Part shown: positions 11,924-23,467 of the stretch, piece by piece | How positions within the stretch are numbered: the first letter of the stretch is position 1 | Layout: every line of letters starts with the position of its first letter | Assembly (NCBI GenBank): GCA_900128395.1 | Contig: LT649247.1 | Location: forward strand, 1-63,154 | Direction of reading: 5' to 3' | DNA from: Stramenopiles sp. TOSAG23-2 | Lineage: Eukaryota | DNA: 63,154 nt | The notes under the pieces: generated by a model | The model's input: the letters and a program-made list of their open reading frames with translations, nothing else | What the model was told of the DNA's origin: nothing | The model's database searches: none | Position numbers and translations under genes: made by a program

Positions 11924-12329
11924 ATGTATTTTATAAATTTTCTATATTTTCATTAAAAACGGAGATATTAGGAAAATATTTATATATTTTTCAAAGTTTC
12001 TTCGATGCTTAGACTACAAAAGAAATAGGTTTTGCAGCCAATACAGGCAATAGCTCCATATCCCACACCTTTAAGGTAACATTAAAAAAGCTATAGAACC
12101 ACGTTTATCTCTATTAAACGTTTATCTCTATTATTAATTGTGCCTCATCCCTCTCTCACTCTCATCATCCCTCTCTTCATGTGTGTGCATGCCCATATAA
12201 TTGAAATAATATAGCAATGCAATACAAGAAGATACTATAATATACATATTACATATATATGCATGATACATATAGATGCAAAATAGAAAAATAGTAATGG
12301 TTGTATTTTAAAAAATATATGAACAATAG

Positions 12330-12758
12330 CAACGTATATATAATACTATATCAAAAGCTGCTAAAGGAATTGAATTAGCACAAAAAGGTGTTGATGCAAT
12401 ATTAAAAGTAGCTACTGGTGGTAGAGGAGCTGACTTTGATTTTAAAAATATGTGGTTACCAGGTCGTGTAAATAGCATAGCTTACGAATATAATGGAATC
12501 ACAGAATTTATTAAAAACAAGGCACAGGGTACAGAAAAAATGCATCTAAAGGATCCATATGTTGTTGATGGAACGAAGTCACCGATTGAAGTTGAAAAAA
12601 AAAATATGCTTTGTTTGCATGAGGTGCCAAGAAATCATCCAAGGGTTACACGCTGTGTAATGGATGTAAGGTGTTTGCTCGATCATATGATGCCTAATTA
12701 TTTACGGCATCTTGCTGAATTGTATGAAAAAACACCTGGCAAAGATGTCTTATTGTAG
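12330..12758 (+). pseudogene. Gene fragment, possibly the C-terminal part of a class-3/DAG lipase-like protein
   Basis: Frame open from 12330, preceded by in-frame stops; ends with LLDHMMPNYL, resembling the catalytic-His motif of lipase_3 enzymes; no GxSxG region seen. Confidence 0.3.
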
Positions 12759-13226
12759 GTAAAATAAAATTATAAATTTACGTTCGTAAGAATTGTCAAA
12801 TGTTGATATGAGTGTGTATTTAAATTACGAGTCGTAAAAAACAAATATTTACTCTGCGCTGTGCAAACTACTCAATTTTTTTTTAACTCGCTATATATTA
12901 TAAAAAATAAAAATAATTACGAAGCGTAATAAAAAAGAGAATTTTTATAAAAAAAAAATATTAAATATTAGTATTTTAAAAAAAAGGGTACATAAAAAAC
13001 AAATATAAACTTTTATACGGTTCGTAAAAAAGAATTTTTTTGAAACATCATTAATTATGAACCAACAAATACGCTTTGTGTCGTTACGAAGACGTATGAA
13101 AAAATCGAGCGAGAGATTAAAATGGTGTATTAGGAAATGTAAAAACAAATCCCAATACACATCTCTCATCTGTATTACTGAAAAAAAAAAAAAAGAGGCG
13201 AGGATCAAAAAAATTGAAGCACATCA

Positions 13227-14858
13227 CTACATACGTGCCAATATAGGAGTAGCAACTTGATCTTTCAATGGAAATAAATCAGCAATATATGCTGTCAATG
13301 CAACAACTGGTGCACCATTTGATCGACCACCCATACTTGGTTTACCACCGGTAGAAGTTCGTCCAATCATATCTACGTGAACATATGGAATTGGCATATC
13401 ACTTGTGACGCCATGATCATTCAACCCACTTGCAATGTTTAAAAATGCCATCGGAAATTGATGGCCACGCATTGTCTTTGCACTACCTTGAGCCGTACTT
13501 TGAATGACATCCAAATCACCACTTTTTGGAGAGACAGTGAAGTAATCTTCTCGTCTTAATGTACTTTGTTCAAATGGATCTGCTAATTCTTGTCCTAACG
13601 CAGCAATTTTAACACCTAACTTTAAAAAGGATGATACACCATTTAAATTTACGGAGCTGTAAGGCCCAAAGGCCAGGTATGCATGGCCAGTCAATGTTGC
13701 AATACTAAATACATTTACACTATCATTGTTTTTTTCCTTTTTTATGCGTGTACGTGCTAATGATAATAAATCAGCCATTACCATTCTTCCTTCAGCATCT
13801 GTATTTACAACTAATACTCTTCGTCCACTATGACCTTGTATAATTTCATCGGCAACATATGCATTTGAACCAATTGAATTTCGGACCATACCGAGATAGG
13901 CAATGACTTTAACACCTTTTGGTTTAATATGTGCTATAGCACGCATTATACCAGCACATGCACCAGCACCACCTTTATCAGTTTTTAATCCATTCATAGT
14001 ACCTCCAACTTTTAAATCTGCCCCGCCAGTATCATACGTAACACCCTTTCCAATCAAATAAATTGTTTTTTCAATTGCATCTGTTGGAGGCGTATATTCT
14101 AATTCAATTACTGCTGGCGCATGACGATCTACACTAGTTCTTGATACTGCTGATAATAATGGATACTTTGAATTTATGACAGATCTATCCCGTTCTATAT
14201 TTACTTGTACATTATCTACACCTTGAAATGATTCATCTACATAATCAGCAACTTTAAGTGGCGCCATTCTTTCTGGATCTCCATCCGTTATATCTCTAGC
14301 AATTCTTTGACCTAAAGCCATTCCAAATGCTATCTTACATTTTTCATTTAATTCATCTGCTGTATATTTACGCAAATGACCTTGCCATACTATTCCAATA
14401 TCTTCAATATTTTCAATTGAATGTTCATATCGCTCCCTTGTTTGTAATTTTGCGTGACAGGCTTGTGTAGCAGCAATAATACCAACTAAGCAAGATTGAT
14501 CATATAATGGTCCCGGGTGATCACAGTCTGACGTTAATATTAAGCAAATTTTCTTACTTTGTTTCATTGATTTTGCTTTTGTAATGCCTTTTGAAACTGC
14601 ATCATGTATTGAACGTACATCGTCATAATCTCGATTTAAAGGTCCACATCCAGAATATACATATACATTTCCACTATCATAAAATGTTGAAACACCTTTA
14701 CATACGGATGGATCCATTGTAGATGCATTTTGAATAATTTTATCAAATATTGGTATTCCAGTTGTTGTATTAGGAGAATTACCAATAGCTACAATAATAT
14801 TATATGTTTGCAATGCATTTTCTACATTAGATATATTGGTTAATATTGGTGGATACAT
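13227..14858 (-). CDS. M17 leucyl aminopeptidase family protein; C-terminal ARM
   Basis: GKGVTYDTGGADLK, KTDKGGAG, NTDAEGRMVMAD and IATLTGH motifs; first ATG at 14858 (the ORF-track start 14885 is TTG). Confidence 0.92.
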   Translation of the reverse strand: MYPPILTNISNVENALQTYNIIVAIGNSPNTTTGIPIFDKIIQNASTMDPSVCKGVSTFYDSGNVYVYSGCGPLNRDYDDVRSIHDAVSKGITKAKSMKQSKKICLILTSDCDHPGPLYDQSCLVGIIAATQACHAKLQTRERYEHSIENIEDIGIVWQGHLRKYTADELNEKCKIAFGMALGQRIARDITDGDPERMAPLKVADYVDESFQGVDNVQVNIERDRSVINSKYPLLSAVSRTSVDRHAPAVIELEYTPPTDAIEKTIYLIGKGVTYDTGGADLKVGGTMNGLKTDKGGAGACAGIMRAIAHIKPKGVKVIAYLGMVRNSIGSNAYVADEIIQGHSGRRVLVVNTDAEGRMVMADLLSLARTRIKKEKNNDSVNVFSIATLTGHAYLAFGPYSSVNLNGVSSFLKLGVKIAALGQELADPFEQSTLRREDYFTVSPKSGDLDVIQSTAQGSAKTMRGHQFPMAFLNIASGLNDHGVTSDMPIPYVHVDMIGRTSTGGKPSMGGRSNGAPVVALTAYIADLFPLKDQVATPILARM

Positions 14859-15582
14859 TATTTTTTCCCCTCTTTTTTCAGTCAAAGTTATTCTTATTGT
14901 TATGTTCTACTTTTAAAACATATATTTTTCACTTCATATACAGATTATAGTGTAAAGATAAATTCTTACATTGGTGCATTGTAATTGTCAAATAATATTA
15001 TTGAAATTATATTATTATTATACACATATGTGCATATGCGATATATAATATGTGATGGGAGTTGTTGTTTTGGATGGGAGTTGTACTGAGCTGCTGAGCT
15101 GAGGGCTGAGGCAAATAATGATAGGAAATATCTTAAAATCATACTCTTAGTATATAAATCCATACCAGCTCCATCATAGCATCATATAGCATAAGCCCAG
15201 ATTAAGATAGAGCTAGCTGGCTAGCTCCATATTAATATATCCAGCTATCCAGCAGTGTATTATATAAGTCCACAACTGTACTATTATAGTCTAACAATAG
15301 TCGTCTATAGTCTATATCATTTTTCTTGCTGACCTCACAATGCTATGTACCTCTTCTTCTAAATATTAATAATGTCCTTGATGTTGTCCTTCCTCATTGT
15401 TGATAGGTTGCATAGATCGGATCCTCTCTAATTGTTGACCATTCCAGGCATTGTTGACCATTAAAAACACACCTCTTTTTTATTATTTTTATATATCGAT
15501 AGAGATGTATATACATTCCCACATGGAATAGATAAAGGCACATAAATAACAACAATATAAAACAAACAAATTAAACAACATC

Positions 15583-16104
15583 ATGTCGGAACCGCCAAGA
15601 AAGAAACAAAAGAAATCAAAGAAAGAAAAAAAATCAAAAAAAGAGAAAAAAGAAAAAAAACGTTCTTCTGATGAAATATCTTCTTCCGATAATAGTAGCT
15701 CAACAAACGAAAATAAACCATTAGTTATATCGCCTATTGCACAACCACTTGCAGATGCAGAGTTAACCAAAAAGTGTTTGAAATTGGTGAAAAAAGTCGC
15801 AAAAGCAGACAGCAAAAAGTTGCGACGAGGTGTGAAAGAATGTGTGAAATATATTAGAAAAGGTGAAAAAGGTTTATGTTTAATTGCTGGTGATATTTCT
15901 CCAATTGATGTAATAACACATTTGCCAATATTATGTGAAGAACAAGATATACCATATGTATATGTACCATCAAAAGCTGAATTAGGTAGTGCAGCTATGA
16001 CCAAACGACCAACCAGTTGCGTATTAATCAAGGTAGAGAAAGGATCTTCCTTGCGGGATTTATTCAAAGAATGTGTAAAAGAATTACCAAAGGGAAACTT
16101 TTAA
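15583..16104 (+). CDS. NHP2: H/ACA snoRNP subunit NHP2 (L7Ae family)
   Basis: SPIAQPLA, LRRGVKEC, IAGDISPIDVITHLPILCEE, YVPSKAELG, TKRPTSC; Lys-rich N-terminus. Confidence 0.92.
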   Translation: MSEPPRKKQKKSKKEKKSKKEKKEKKRSSDEISSSDNSSSTNENKPLVISPIAQPLADAELTKKCLKLVKKVAKADSKKLRRGVKECVKYIRKGEKGLCLIAGDISPIDVITHLPILCEEQDIPYVYVPSKAELGSAAMTKRPTSCVLIKVEKGSSLRDLFKECVKELPKGNF

Positions 16105-16680
16105 AGCCTAATATGTATATATATAAATATATATAATATATGGTACGATATGATATGATAGAGGTGTGTGTTACTTTGAGAAATAAAAAATATTAATAAT
16201 AATAAGTGTTATATTTAATTTTTTTATTTTAATTCTCTTTAAACGTACTCGTAAAATAAAAATATACGCGTATTTTTTAATATAATACGTACATCGTACC
16301 AAAACTTCGTAAAACAATCGTACTCGTACGAATAATATATATAATATACGAAATACGAAGTATATATCATACGAGTACTTCGTACGAATACGAATATATA
16401 TATACACTTAATGTGGTATGATAAGAGAAAATTTTTATATGCTATATCATACGTGTATATCATACGAATATCGTATAATGTAATATTTTTAAAAAAAGAA
16501 ATTTTTCTTTTAATTTTTTTCAAAAAGTCTTTTAATATGCACTTTCTTTTCTCTAAAAAATGCCTTTTTTTTCAGACGCACACACACTATGTATCATATA
16601 TATTATATATGAAACAAATACAGAGCAGATATATAATAATATCCAATTTTGTGATTGTTCCATCAATTATATTATAAAAT

Positions 16681-19600
16681 TTAATCATTTGGTCGAACGA
16701 CAAATTGCTTTAATGCGTTTCGCATTGCTGTTACACGTTGCGTGAAACGATCTCGATTTGTTGGTTCTAAATTCCTTTCAATATCCACTAATAATTTATC
16801 AAACTCTGCACTCATCTGCGCATGATTTTGAGGCGGTTGAGTAGCCAATAAATGTTGTTTAGCATCGATAAATGCTTGTTGATTTGCTAATATAATACTT
16901 AATACAGGACGTGATAATGACCAATAACTTTCGACGCCTTGGAAAATTAACTTTTTAAACAGTGAGATTAAGAAAACGCTAAATAAATTTGGACAATTTT
17001 GCAAATGTTGCGCCAATGCTCTTGCCTCTGGTTTATCCCGTCGTGCAACACGAAATTGAAATGATGCTAAATGATCAATGGTACTAGCACAGAAAATAGA
17101 TACCGTACTATCTAATGATAGCAAACCTTCTTCTAATGATTTAATAATATGCAAAAAGGTTTGCGTAGGTACCAATACGATTGTTTCTAATTGATGGCGA
17201 AAAATAACTTCGATAAAGGTAAAATACGACCTTGCTACTTTTGGATATGCCATAACTTCACTCAATGGGATGGATAATAACATGTTTAATGACATTTGCA
17301 ATGCATTTTGCAATGCCGGGTCACGATATAATTTAAACACGCCAAAGTTAACATATGAACCAATTAAACTGTACGACATGATATCTAAAGCTAAACTTAT
17401 ACCTTTATAACGTGCTTTGTAAATAGTAGATGTATCCGTATGTGGTGGCATTTGGGAAATTTTATTCCCATATGTGCATATCAATGCACTTGCCTCACGA
17501 AACAATAAAATGCCATTTGCACTGGATTGGCCAAAATTTATTCGTTGGGATTTATTCCTACATAATTCACCAAAAAATTTCAAAAGCGGTGATGTGACAG
17601 ATGGATCATGATACCAAACTTCAATTGCATGTTTAAATACTTGCATGTATGCCGGGTTCAAACAATCAAAAAGTAAAATATACGTCCGTTTATTCGCACT
17701 GGATTCTAATACACCTCTTAAATCTCGACAAACACCAATAATAGCACGTCGAACGTTTTCATTATTATAATCCGTAGTGCTGCGTAATTGTACCAATACA
17801 TTTAAAATAGGTTCCATGAATGGCATTAATAAAGTATGGTAATCACCGAGAAATACCAACCGCGTCAATGTTTTGTAAAATGTTGTTCTACTTTTTGTAT
17901 TTTCTGGTAAATCTAAAAATGGCAAATATTGCGATGTGTGATGAGTCAATAAATATTTCACACTATCCAATGTTAGCATGAAACGTCCACTTCCATAACC
18001 AGCACTTAACCAAAAGAAAACATTTAATGACTTCGAAACAACCTCTTGGTTATCCGCCCAAAATTTCATATTATTACAAACTTTCGTTACGAGCATATTC
18101 ACCACTACTTTGTGATCACCTAAACCCATCAATTCAAACATTCTTAAATACATTGCACGTTTACGTTGCGCCGTTGTTTGTGGTTTCTTTTTATTCGCTG
18201 ATTTTTTCGTACCGCCACTACTTCCCATGACATCATCATCGTCATCTGAATCCGATGACATTCCACTTTTTTGTGCATTTTTCTTCTTTTTATACTCCTC
18301 CATCTCTTGCTCAGTTGGCATACCATGATGTTCCCCAATGTAGCATCTTCGAAATTCTTGGAAAAAATACATCAAGGACAATTCCAACTTTGGATCACAC
18401 TTGCCACTGCCATTTGTTTGCACTAAACGTTGATCTACTAATTGCATTAAACGAAAAATACCTTGGCCTAATAATGCATCTGTCTTCTCATGGCCTTCAC
18501 GCCCTGTAGATGCCATAGTCATATGACCGCCAATTTGTGCACCTATAATATAAGTCAACCATGTCAATTGCGTCTCCAATAAAAGCAACGTTTGAGGGCC
18601 TTGATTCGTTGTGATAGCTTGTTGGTATTGAACAGCAATTGGATCAAATCTTGATTTTAAAAATGTCCCAGCTTGTGCATATTGATACCGTGTAATATTT
18701 GGCAATTGTTCTAATTGTTCTTGAACTTGATCTTCATTATCCAATGGATTTTCCAATGATTGGTCGTTTACACAATCAACAGCACTTTGCAACCTGGCAT
18801 CAACATAGCTTTGAAAGACACGAGGGGAATAGACTTCCAATAAAGGTTTGACCAATGTTTGCGATGCACGTACAAATGGAGTCACGGATACTAATCGACT
18901 CCATAAATATAAAATATAATGTGTACTATTTTGTGACCATTGCCATTGTTTAAAACTTTGTACGGAAAATTCTGTTACCAATACTATAAATTCACTCCAT
19001 TGTTTAGCACGCAACAATTCATTCAATTGATAGGTATTTTTCATACGACCTAATAAACGGCAAAAACTGTGGTAATTATCCTCCTTGTTCAATCCACTTT
19101 TATTTTTCATAACATTATTCAAAACATCTAAGATCCTATCCAAAAATTCTGCTCGATCAGTTTCTTTTATAAAGATCGAACGACGACAACTACTCCATAA
19201 CATTAACAATTCCATCGCTTTGGAACTGGTTGGTGGTTTCGTCGACATGTACAAGTCAACCATTACTTGCATATATGCCGGGTCGGAAAACAAAGGCCTC
19301 CATGCAATAGGCACTTGTATAGCATCGTTGTCATCCGATGATTCATCCGATCGCATTCCAATAAAATCGAAATTTAAACAATTTATACTTAAATCAGCTG
19401 CATAATTTGTCATGTAATTTACTTCATCAGTAGATGCTCGTACTTGCCCTGCATTGATTTGTTGCAACATTGTAATTGATGTTTTAAATATTTCTAACAA
19501 TGATAAATCACGAAACGATACAGCATGTTTCCTATGCACAGACATGGTTATCCCTGGCAATAAAACATTCATTTGCGTGACAAACTCGTTTAAAATACGT

Positions 19601-20166
19601 AAACCAATGATACAGTGTGCAACCGTAGCTGACAAAAATTTCTTACAATCCTTTGCAAGTGCTTGGTGTTTACTAGAGTTTTCATCAAACCACCCTAAAC
19701 GAGTGATACGGCATAGTAACTTGACTAAATATTGTATCACATATGGTTTTAATGAGGGGCCGCGTTGTGCTAGATAATTCAAGATATAGTCACGAATTTG
19801 TACTCGTTGGTCAGTAGTGAAATTATTCCAATGTGTAGTTATTAAAGACGTTAGTGCTTGACTTGCAGCTACTAAAGCATATGGATTTTGTGAACTTGCT
19901 AATACTTGTTGACATAATGGTATATTATCCGTAGAGGTTTGCAATTTGTTTAACTCTGCTTGTGCCATTTGCTTTTCTTGCGGCGTGCTTTGGCCAAAAA
20001 CTTTATTACATAAATTTTCAATATGTTGCGTAGCATTATTATTTCCACCTTGTTGATTATTATTTCCTAGACCACCTCCCATATTTGCATTATTATTATT
20101 GCTATTATTTGGATTTGGTTGTGCTGCACGCATATGTGGTGAATTATGCGGTGATGGTTGATGCAT
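16681..20166 (-). CDS. XPO7: Exportin-7 / RanBP16-17
   Basis: Importin-beta N-terminal region, ITRLGWFD, SFRDLSL, YHSFCRLLGRMK, YVNFGVFKLY, WSLSRPVL, NRDRFTQ motifs. Confidence 0.92.
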   Translation of the reverse strand: MHQPSPHNSPHMRAAQPNPNNSNNNNANMGGGLGNNNQQGGNNNATQHIENLCNKVFGQSTPQEKQMAQAELNKLQTSTDNIPLCQQVLASSQNPYALVAASQALTSLITTHWNNFTTDQRVQIRDYILNYLAQRGPSLKPYVIQYLVKLLCRITRLGWFDENSSKHQALAKDCKKFLSATVAHCIIGLRILNEFVTQMNVLLPGITMSVHRKHAVSFRDLSLLEIFKTSITMLQQINAGQVRASTDEVNYMTNYAADLSINCLNFDFIGMRSDESSDDNDAIQVPIAWRPLFSDPAYMQVMVDLYMSTKPPTSSKAMELLMLWSSCRRSIFIKETDRAEFLDRILDVLNNVMKNKSGLNKEDNYHSFCRLLGRMKNTYQLNELLRAKQWSEFIVLVTEFSVQSFKQWQWSQNSTHYILYLWSRLVSVTPFVRASQTLVKPLLEVYSPRVFQSYVDARLQSAVDCVNDQSLENPLDNEDQVQEQLEQLPNITRYQYAQAGTFLKSRFDPIAVQYQQAITTNQGPQTLLLLETQLTWLTYIIGAQIGGHMTMASTGREGHEKTDALLGQGIFRLMQLVDQRLVQTNGSGKCDPKLELSLMYFFQEFRRCYIGEHHGMPTEQEMEEYKKKKNAQKSGMSSDSDDDDDVMGSSGGTKKSANKKKPQTTAQRKRAMYLRMFELMGLGDHKVVVNMLVTKVCNNMKFWADNQEVVSKSLNVFFWLSAGYGSGRFMLTLDSVKYLLTHHTSQYLPFLDLPENTKSRTTFYKTLTRLVFLGDYHTLLMPFMEPILNVLVQLRSTTDYNNENVRRAIIGVCRDLRGVLESSANKRTYILLFDCLNPAYMQVFKHAIEVWYHDPSVTSPLLKFFGELCRNKSQRINFGQSSANGILLFREASALICTYGNKISQMPPHTDTSTIYKARYKGISLALDIMSYSLIGSYVNFGVFKLYRDPALQNALQMSLNMLLSIPLSEVMAYPKVARSYFTFIEVIFRHQLETIVLVPTQTFLHIIKSLEEGLLSLDSTVSIFCASTIDHLASFQFRVARRDKPEARALAQHLQNCPNLFSVFLISLFKKLIFQGVESYWSLSRPVLSIILANQQAFIDAKQHLLATQPPQNHAQMSAEFDKLLVDIERNLEPTNRDRFTQRVTAMRNALKQFVVRPND

Positions 20167-20839
20167 TATTGTTGTAGCACCAAAATTGTAAAATATAAAA
20201 TAGAATACAGTATATCTGTTGTAATTTACAATTCAATTTATTTCGTTGTATATGTATTATACAATATATTTCTCTTCAATATATTCCTTTTCTGTTAGTA
20301 TTTGTAGTATGATATATATTTTTAAAAATTGCTTGATTTTATTAGTGTGTAGTACAATGGTGGAATGGCACTACTAATTCGAAATAGTTTTAGTGTGATG
20401 AGTATTTGATGTATTTTGGGAGATGAAGCTCGATCTGAACAATATTCATTTACAGTTAATGTACATAGGAATAGCATTGGAGTGATACAACCAATATTAC
20501 AGTTAGTTCCTCCTCCTCGTAATCTTTTTCTGGCGGCTTTAGCTTACCAGCTTACATGTACCACTACTGTTGTGGTACATGTAGTCGAACTACTACTAAA
20601 ATCAAAAATTTTACTAATGTTATTTACCTATTATACTATTACTGTAATATCCACACGCCGGCTGGCCCGAGCTGGCAAGCCTGGCAAGACGTTACACTCT
20701 CTCTCCTCATCATCAAAAAAAAACAACACATAATAATAATTAAAATAGAAAATCGCGCAAAAAATTTATTGATTATCAATGTTAATGTCCTACAACAATC
20801 AAAAACAAATACAAACAAACAAGAACAAACAAACAAACC

Positions 20840-23467
20840 ATGCCTACCCGTATGCAACAACGTGGTGTTATCAATTCCATGAAACGACCATCGCCATTTG
20901 CTAATGTTGGAAGGCAAGCGACAACAAATAGCACATCAATATTGAATAATAATAATAATAAAAATAATAATGCAAGGCCACCTATATCAACAACAACAAA
21001 AACAACAAAGAATAACAAGCAACATCCATTGATATTCAAAAAAAAATCTTCGAATAATAATGGTAGAACTCACATCAAAGGTCCTGTACCACCAGTACCA
21101 AGTATTCGTAGAAATCAAAATATTCCTAGCAATAATAATTACAACAATAATCACAATGTATCAAAGCCAGAATCTACTGGTGGTAATCAAACAGCTGCTA
21201 CACATCAATTAACGGAAAAAATTGCGATATTACAAGAAAAAGGACATATACAAAAAGTAGAAATTGATCGCCAAAAATTAATTATTAATGGTTTGCAACG
21301 TAATTTAGAACATATGACAACATCGACTAAAAAAGACAAGCAAACAATTGAACAATTAAATTCAAAAATTTATCAATTGAAAAAAGAAAAAGGACAAACA
21401 GATGATTTATTATATTCACCAAGTAGTGCAAAATTAATGGAACAAACCCATGTAAATCAAATTGAAAATTTAAAAACAAAATTTACGAAAGATTATAGCG
21501 CATTGGAGCATAAATATGATATAAATGCAAAATTGTTAAAAGAAGCAAATCATATGAACCAAATGTATAATGATAGAATTAAACAATTTGAAAAGGATTT
21601 ATTATCAAAGTCATCTACTGAAGTAACATTTAAAAAGCAAATGGAAACTGTTAGTGCACATGCGAAACGTATGGTTGATGAAAATCGTAAATTAAAAGAA
21701 CAATTGAAAAATTCTATGAATGCAAAGGATGAAATTGTTAAATTAAAATCCAATGTCGCAAACTTAACTGATAAATGCAATAATTACGTACACGAAATTG
21801 AAAAATTAAATTATCATAATATGGAAAAAAATAAAAAGTTGGAACAATATGAAAATGAAATAGAAATTATGAAAGAAACGAAAGAGAATGAAATACAACG
21901 ACGTAAAAAAGCAATTAAAGATTTATCCTCCAAAAGTGCAAATTTATCACAATTGAAAAAAGAATATGAAGTATCAAAAGCAACGATTAAAAAATTAAAC
22001 GATCAATTAAATAACTTTGAATATGAGAAAAAAAAAGAAATCAATTCGATACAAAAAGAAATGAAAAATGTAAAAGATGATTTAAATTGGACAATTAAGG
22101 AGAAAAATGATTTACAAGATGCATTAAATAAAATGAAGCAAAATTATAGCATTTTAGAAATATCAGCATCAAAAAGTAGTGTAAAAATACCTGAAATGGA
22201 AAGTCGTTTACATGATATGGAGAAAAAATACAATAATATGAAAGCAGATCGTGATTTATTTGCACAACAATTGGAAGATTTAAAAAGGCAACAAAAAAAA
22301 TCAGTTGCAGGGTATGAAAAAGAGAAAAATATATTGAAAATTGAAAATAAATTATTAAAAGAAAAAATATCTTCATTAGAAACTGGTAAATCAAGTGATA
22401 AAAATGACTATGAACAAGAAATCGAACGATTGAAAAAATTAGTTGAAAATATTAAAAATGAAGCTAGCAACGGTATTAAAAAGGCACAGATACAAGTTGA
22501 TGAGATACAAAATCAATGTAATCTTTTATTGAACCAATTAAATATACAACGAAATTTAGTATCAAGTGAATCCGAACGTGCAAATAATGCATTGCAAAAG
22601 TTAAGTGCTATTGAAAAAGAACGTGAATCAGAAGTACAACAAATTGCATTTTTGGAAAGGCAATTAGAAGATCAACGTGCAAGTAGTGCTAGCGAATCAA
22701 GAAGAGCAGAAAGTGCATTGGAGGAAGCATCTAGATGCAGGGATAGATATGATAATGAACATGATCGTGCGCAAATATTGACAGGAGAATTAAGTGAATT
22801 GCGCCATGCACATTTAAAATTAAGTGAAAAAGTCCAAGAATTAAAATTGCAAAGTGGTGAGAACAATGACATGTACATACGTTACGAGAAAGAAAGGGAT
22901 ATTGCACAAGCAGCGTTAGCGGAATTGCAAAATGCAATGAAAGAACAAGCAAAATTATATGAAAAAGTACAATATGAATCCAAAGAAAAAGATTTCTTAT
23001 TTGAAAAGAAACAAAAAGAATTACATGAAGTGCAAACGAAATACAATGAATTATTAAATGATGCAGCAGATGCAAAAGAAAATGCACGATTAGCAAATAA
23101 ATTAAAAGAAACAGAAAAAGAATTACGTAATACATTAGCAAAAATATTAAAAACAGAAGAAGCGACGGAAAGTGCATTTACATGTTTAAAATGTATGAAT
23201 ATATTTGATAAGCCAATTACATGTATTCCATGTGGACATTCATTTTGTGAAAAATGTGTCGGTGACTTTAATAAAAAACATAAAGCAAATGGTGAAAAAG
23301 GTGAATCTTGCCCGGAATGTAGTGAAGATGATGCAAAGAAAAAAAATGGTGGGGATAAAGTAGATTATTTCATACAAAATGAATTGTTAGAAAATTTATC
23401 TTCACGATTTTTATTTCGTAAACAAGCAATAGAAAGTTTAAGTATTATGGTTGGAAATTTAAAGTGA
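20840..23467 (+). CDS. Long coiled-coil protein with C-terminal RING finger (putative E3 ligase)
   Basis: CLKC...CIPCGHSFCEKC...CPEC RING pattern after several hundred residues of heptad-rich sequence. Confidence 0.85.
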   Translation: MPTRMQQRGVINSMKRPSPFANVGRQATTNSTSILNNNNNKNNNARPPISTTTKTTKNNKQHPLIFKKKSSNNNGRTHIKGPVPPVPSIRRNQNIPSNNNYNNNHNVSKPESTGGNQTAATHQLTEKIAILQEKGHIQKVEIDRQKLIINGLQRNLEHMTTSTKKDKQTIEQLNSKIYQLKKEKGQTDDLLYSPSSAKLMEQTHVNQIENLKTKFTKDYSALEHKYDINAKLLKEANHMNQMYNDRIKQFEKDLLSKSSTEVTFKKQMETVSAHAKRMVDENRKLKEQLKNSMNAKDEIVKLKSNVANLTDKCNNYVHEIEKLNYHNMEKNKKLEQYENEIEIMKETKENEIQRRKKAIKDLSSKSANLSQLKKEYEVSKATIKKLNDQLNNFEYEKKKEINSIQKEMKNVKDDLNWTIKEKNDLQDALNKMKQNYSILEISASKSSVKIPEMESRLHDMEKKYNNMKADRDLFAQQLEDLKRQQKKSVAGYEKEKNILKIENKLLKEKISSLETGKSSDKNDYEQEIERLKKLVENIKNEASNGIKKAQIQVDEIQNQCNLLLNQLNIQRNLVSSESERANNALQKLSAIEKERESEVQQIAFLERQLEDQRASSASESRRAESALEEASRCRDRYDNEHDRAQILTGELSELRHAHLKLSEKVQELKLQSGENNDMYIRYEKERDIAQAALAELQNAMKEQAKLYEKVQYESKEKDFLFEKKQKELHEVQTKYNELLNDAADAKENARLANKLKETEKELRNTLAKILKTEEATESAFTCLKCMNIFDKPITCIPCGHSFCEKCVGDFNKKHKANGEKGESCPECSEDDAKKKNGGDKVDYFIQNELLENLSSRFLFRKQAIESLSIMVGNLK

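Larger units (their letters stand above)
11141..12070. mobile_element. Non-autonomous DNA transposon with 46-bp perfect TIRs and TTAA target-site duplication (Kolobok-like)
   Basis: TTAA(11137-11140)+AGGTGTGGGATATGGAGCTATTGCCTGTATTGGCTGCAAAACCTAT; exact reverse complement at 12025..12070 followed by TTAA(12071-12074); no transposase ORF. Confidence 0.85.

Noticed and set aside
12217-12329. Possible stop-codon reassignment explaining in-frame TAA/TAG upstream of the 12450 ORF
   Set aside because: Conserved genes in the window end at TAA, TAG or TGA at the expected positions, so the code is standard; a pseudogene or unrecognised intron is more likely
15489-16067. 192-aa minus-strand ORF
   Set aside because: Antisense shadow of NHP2
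16171-16745. Several Tyr/Ile-rich short ORFs
   Set aside because: Chance ORFs in an AT-rich, TACG-rich spacer; no coding-like composition
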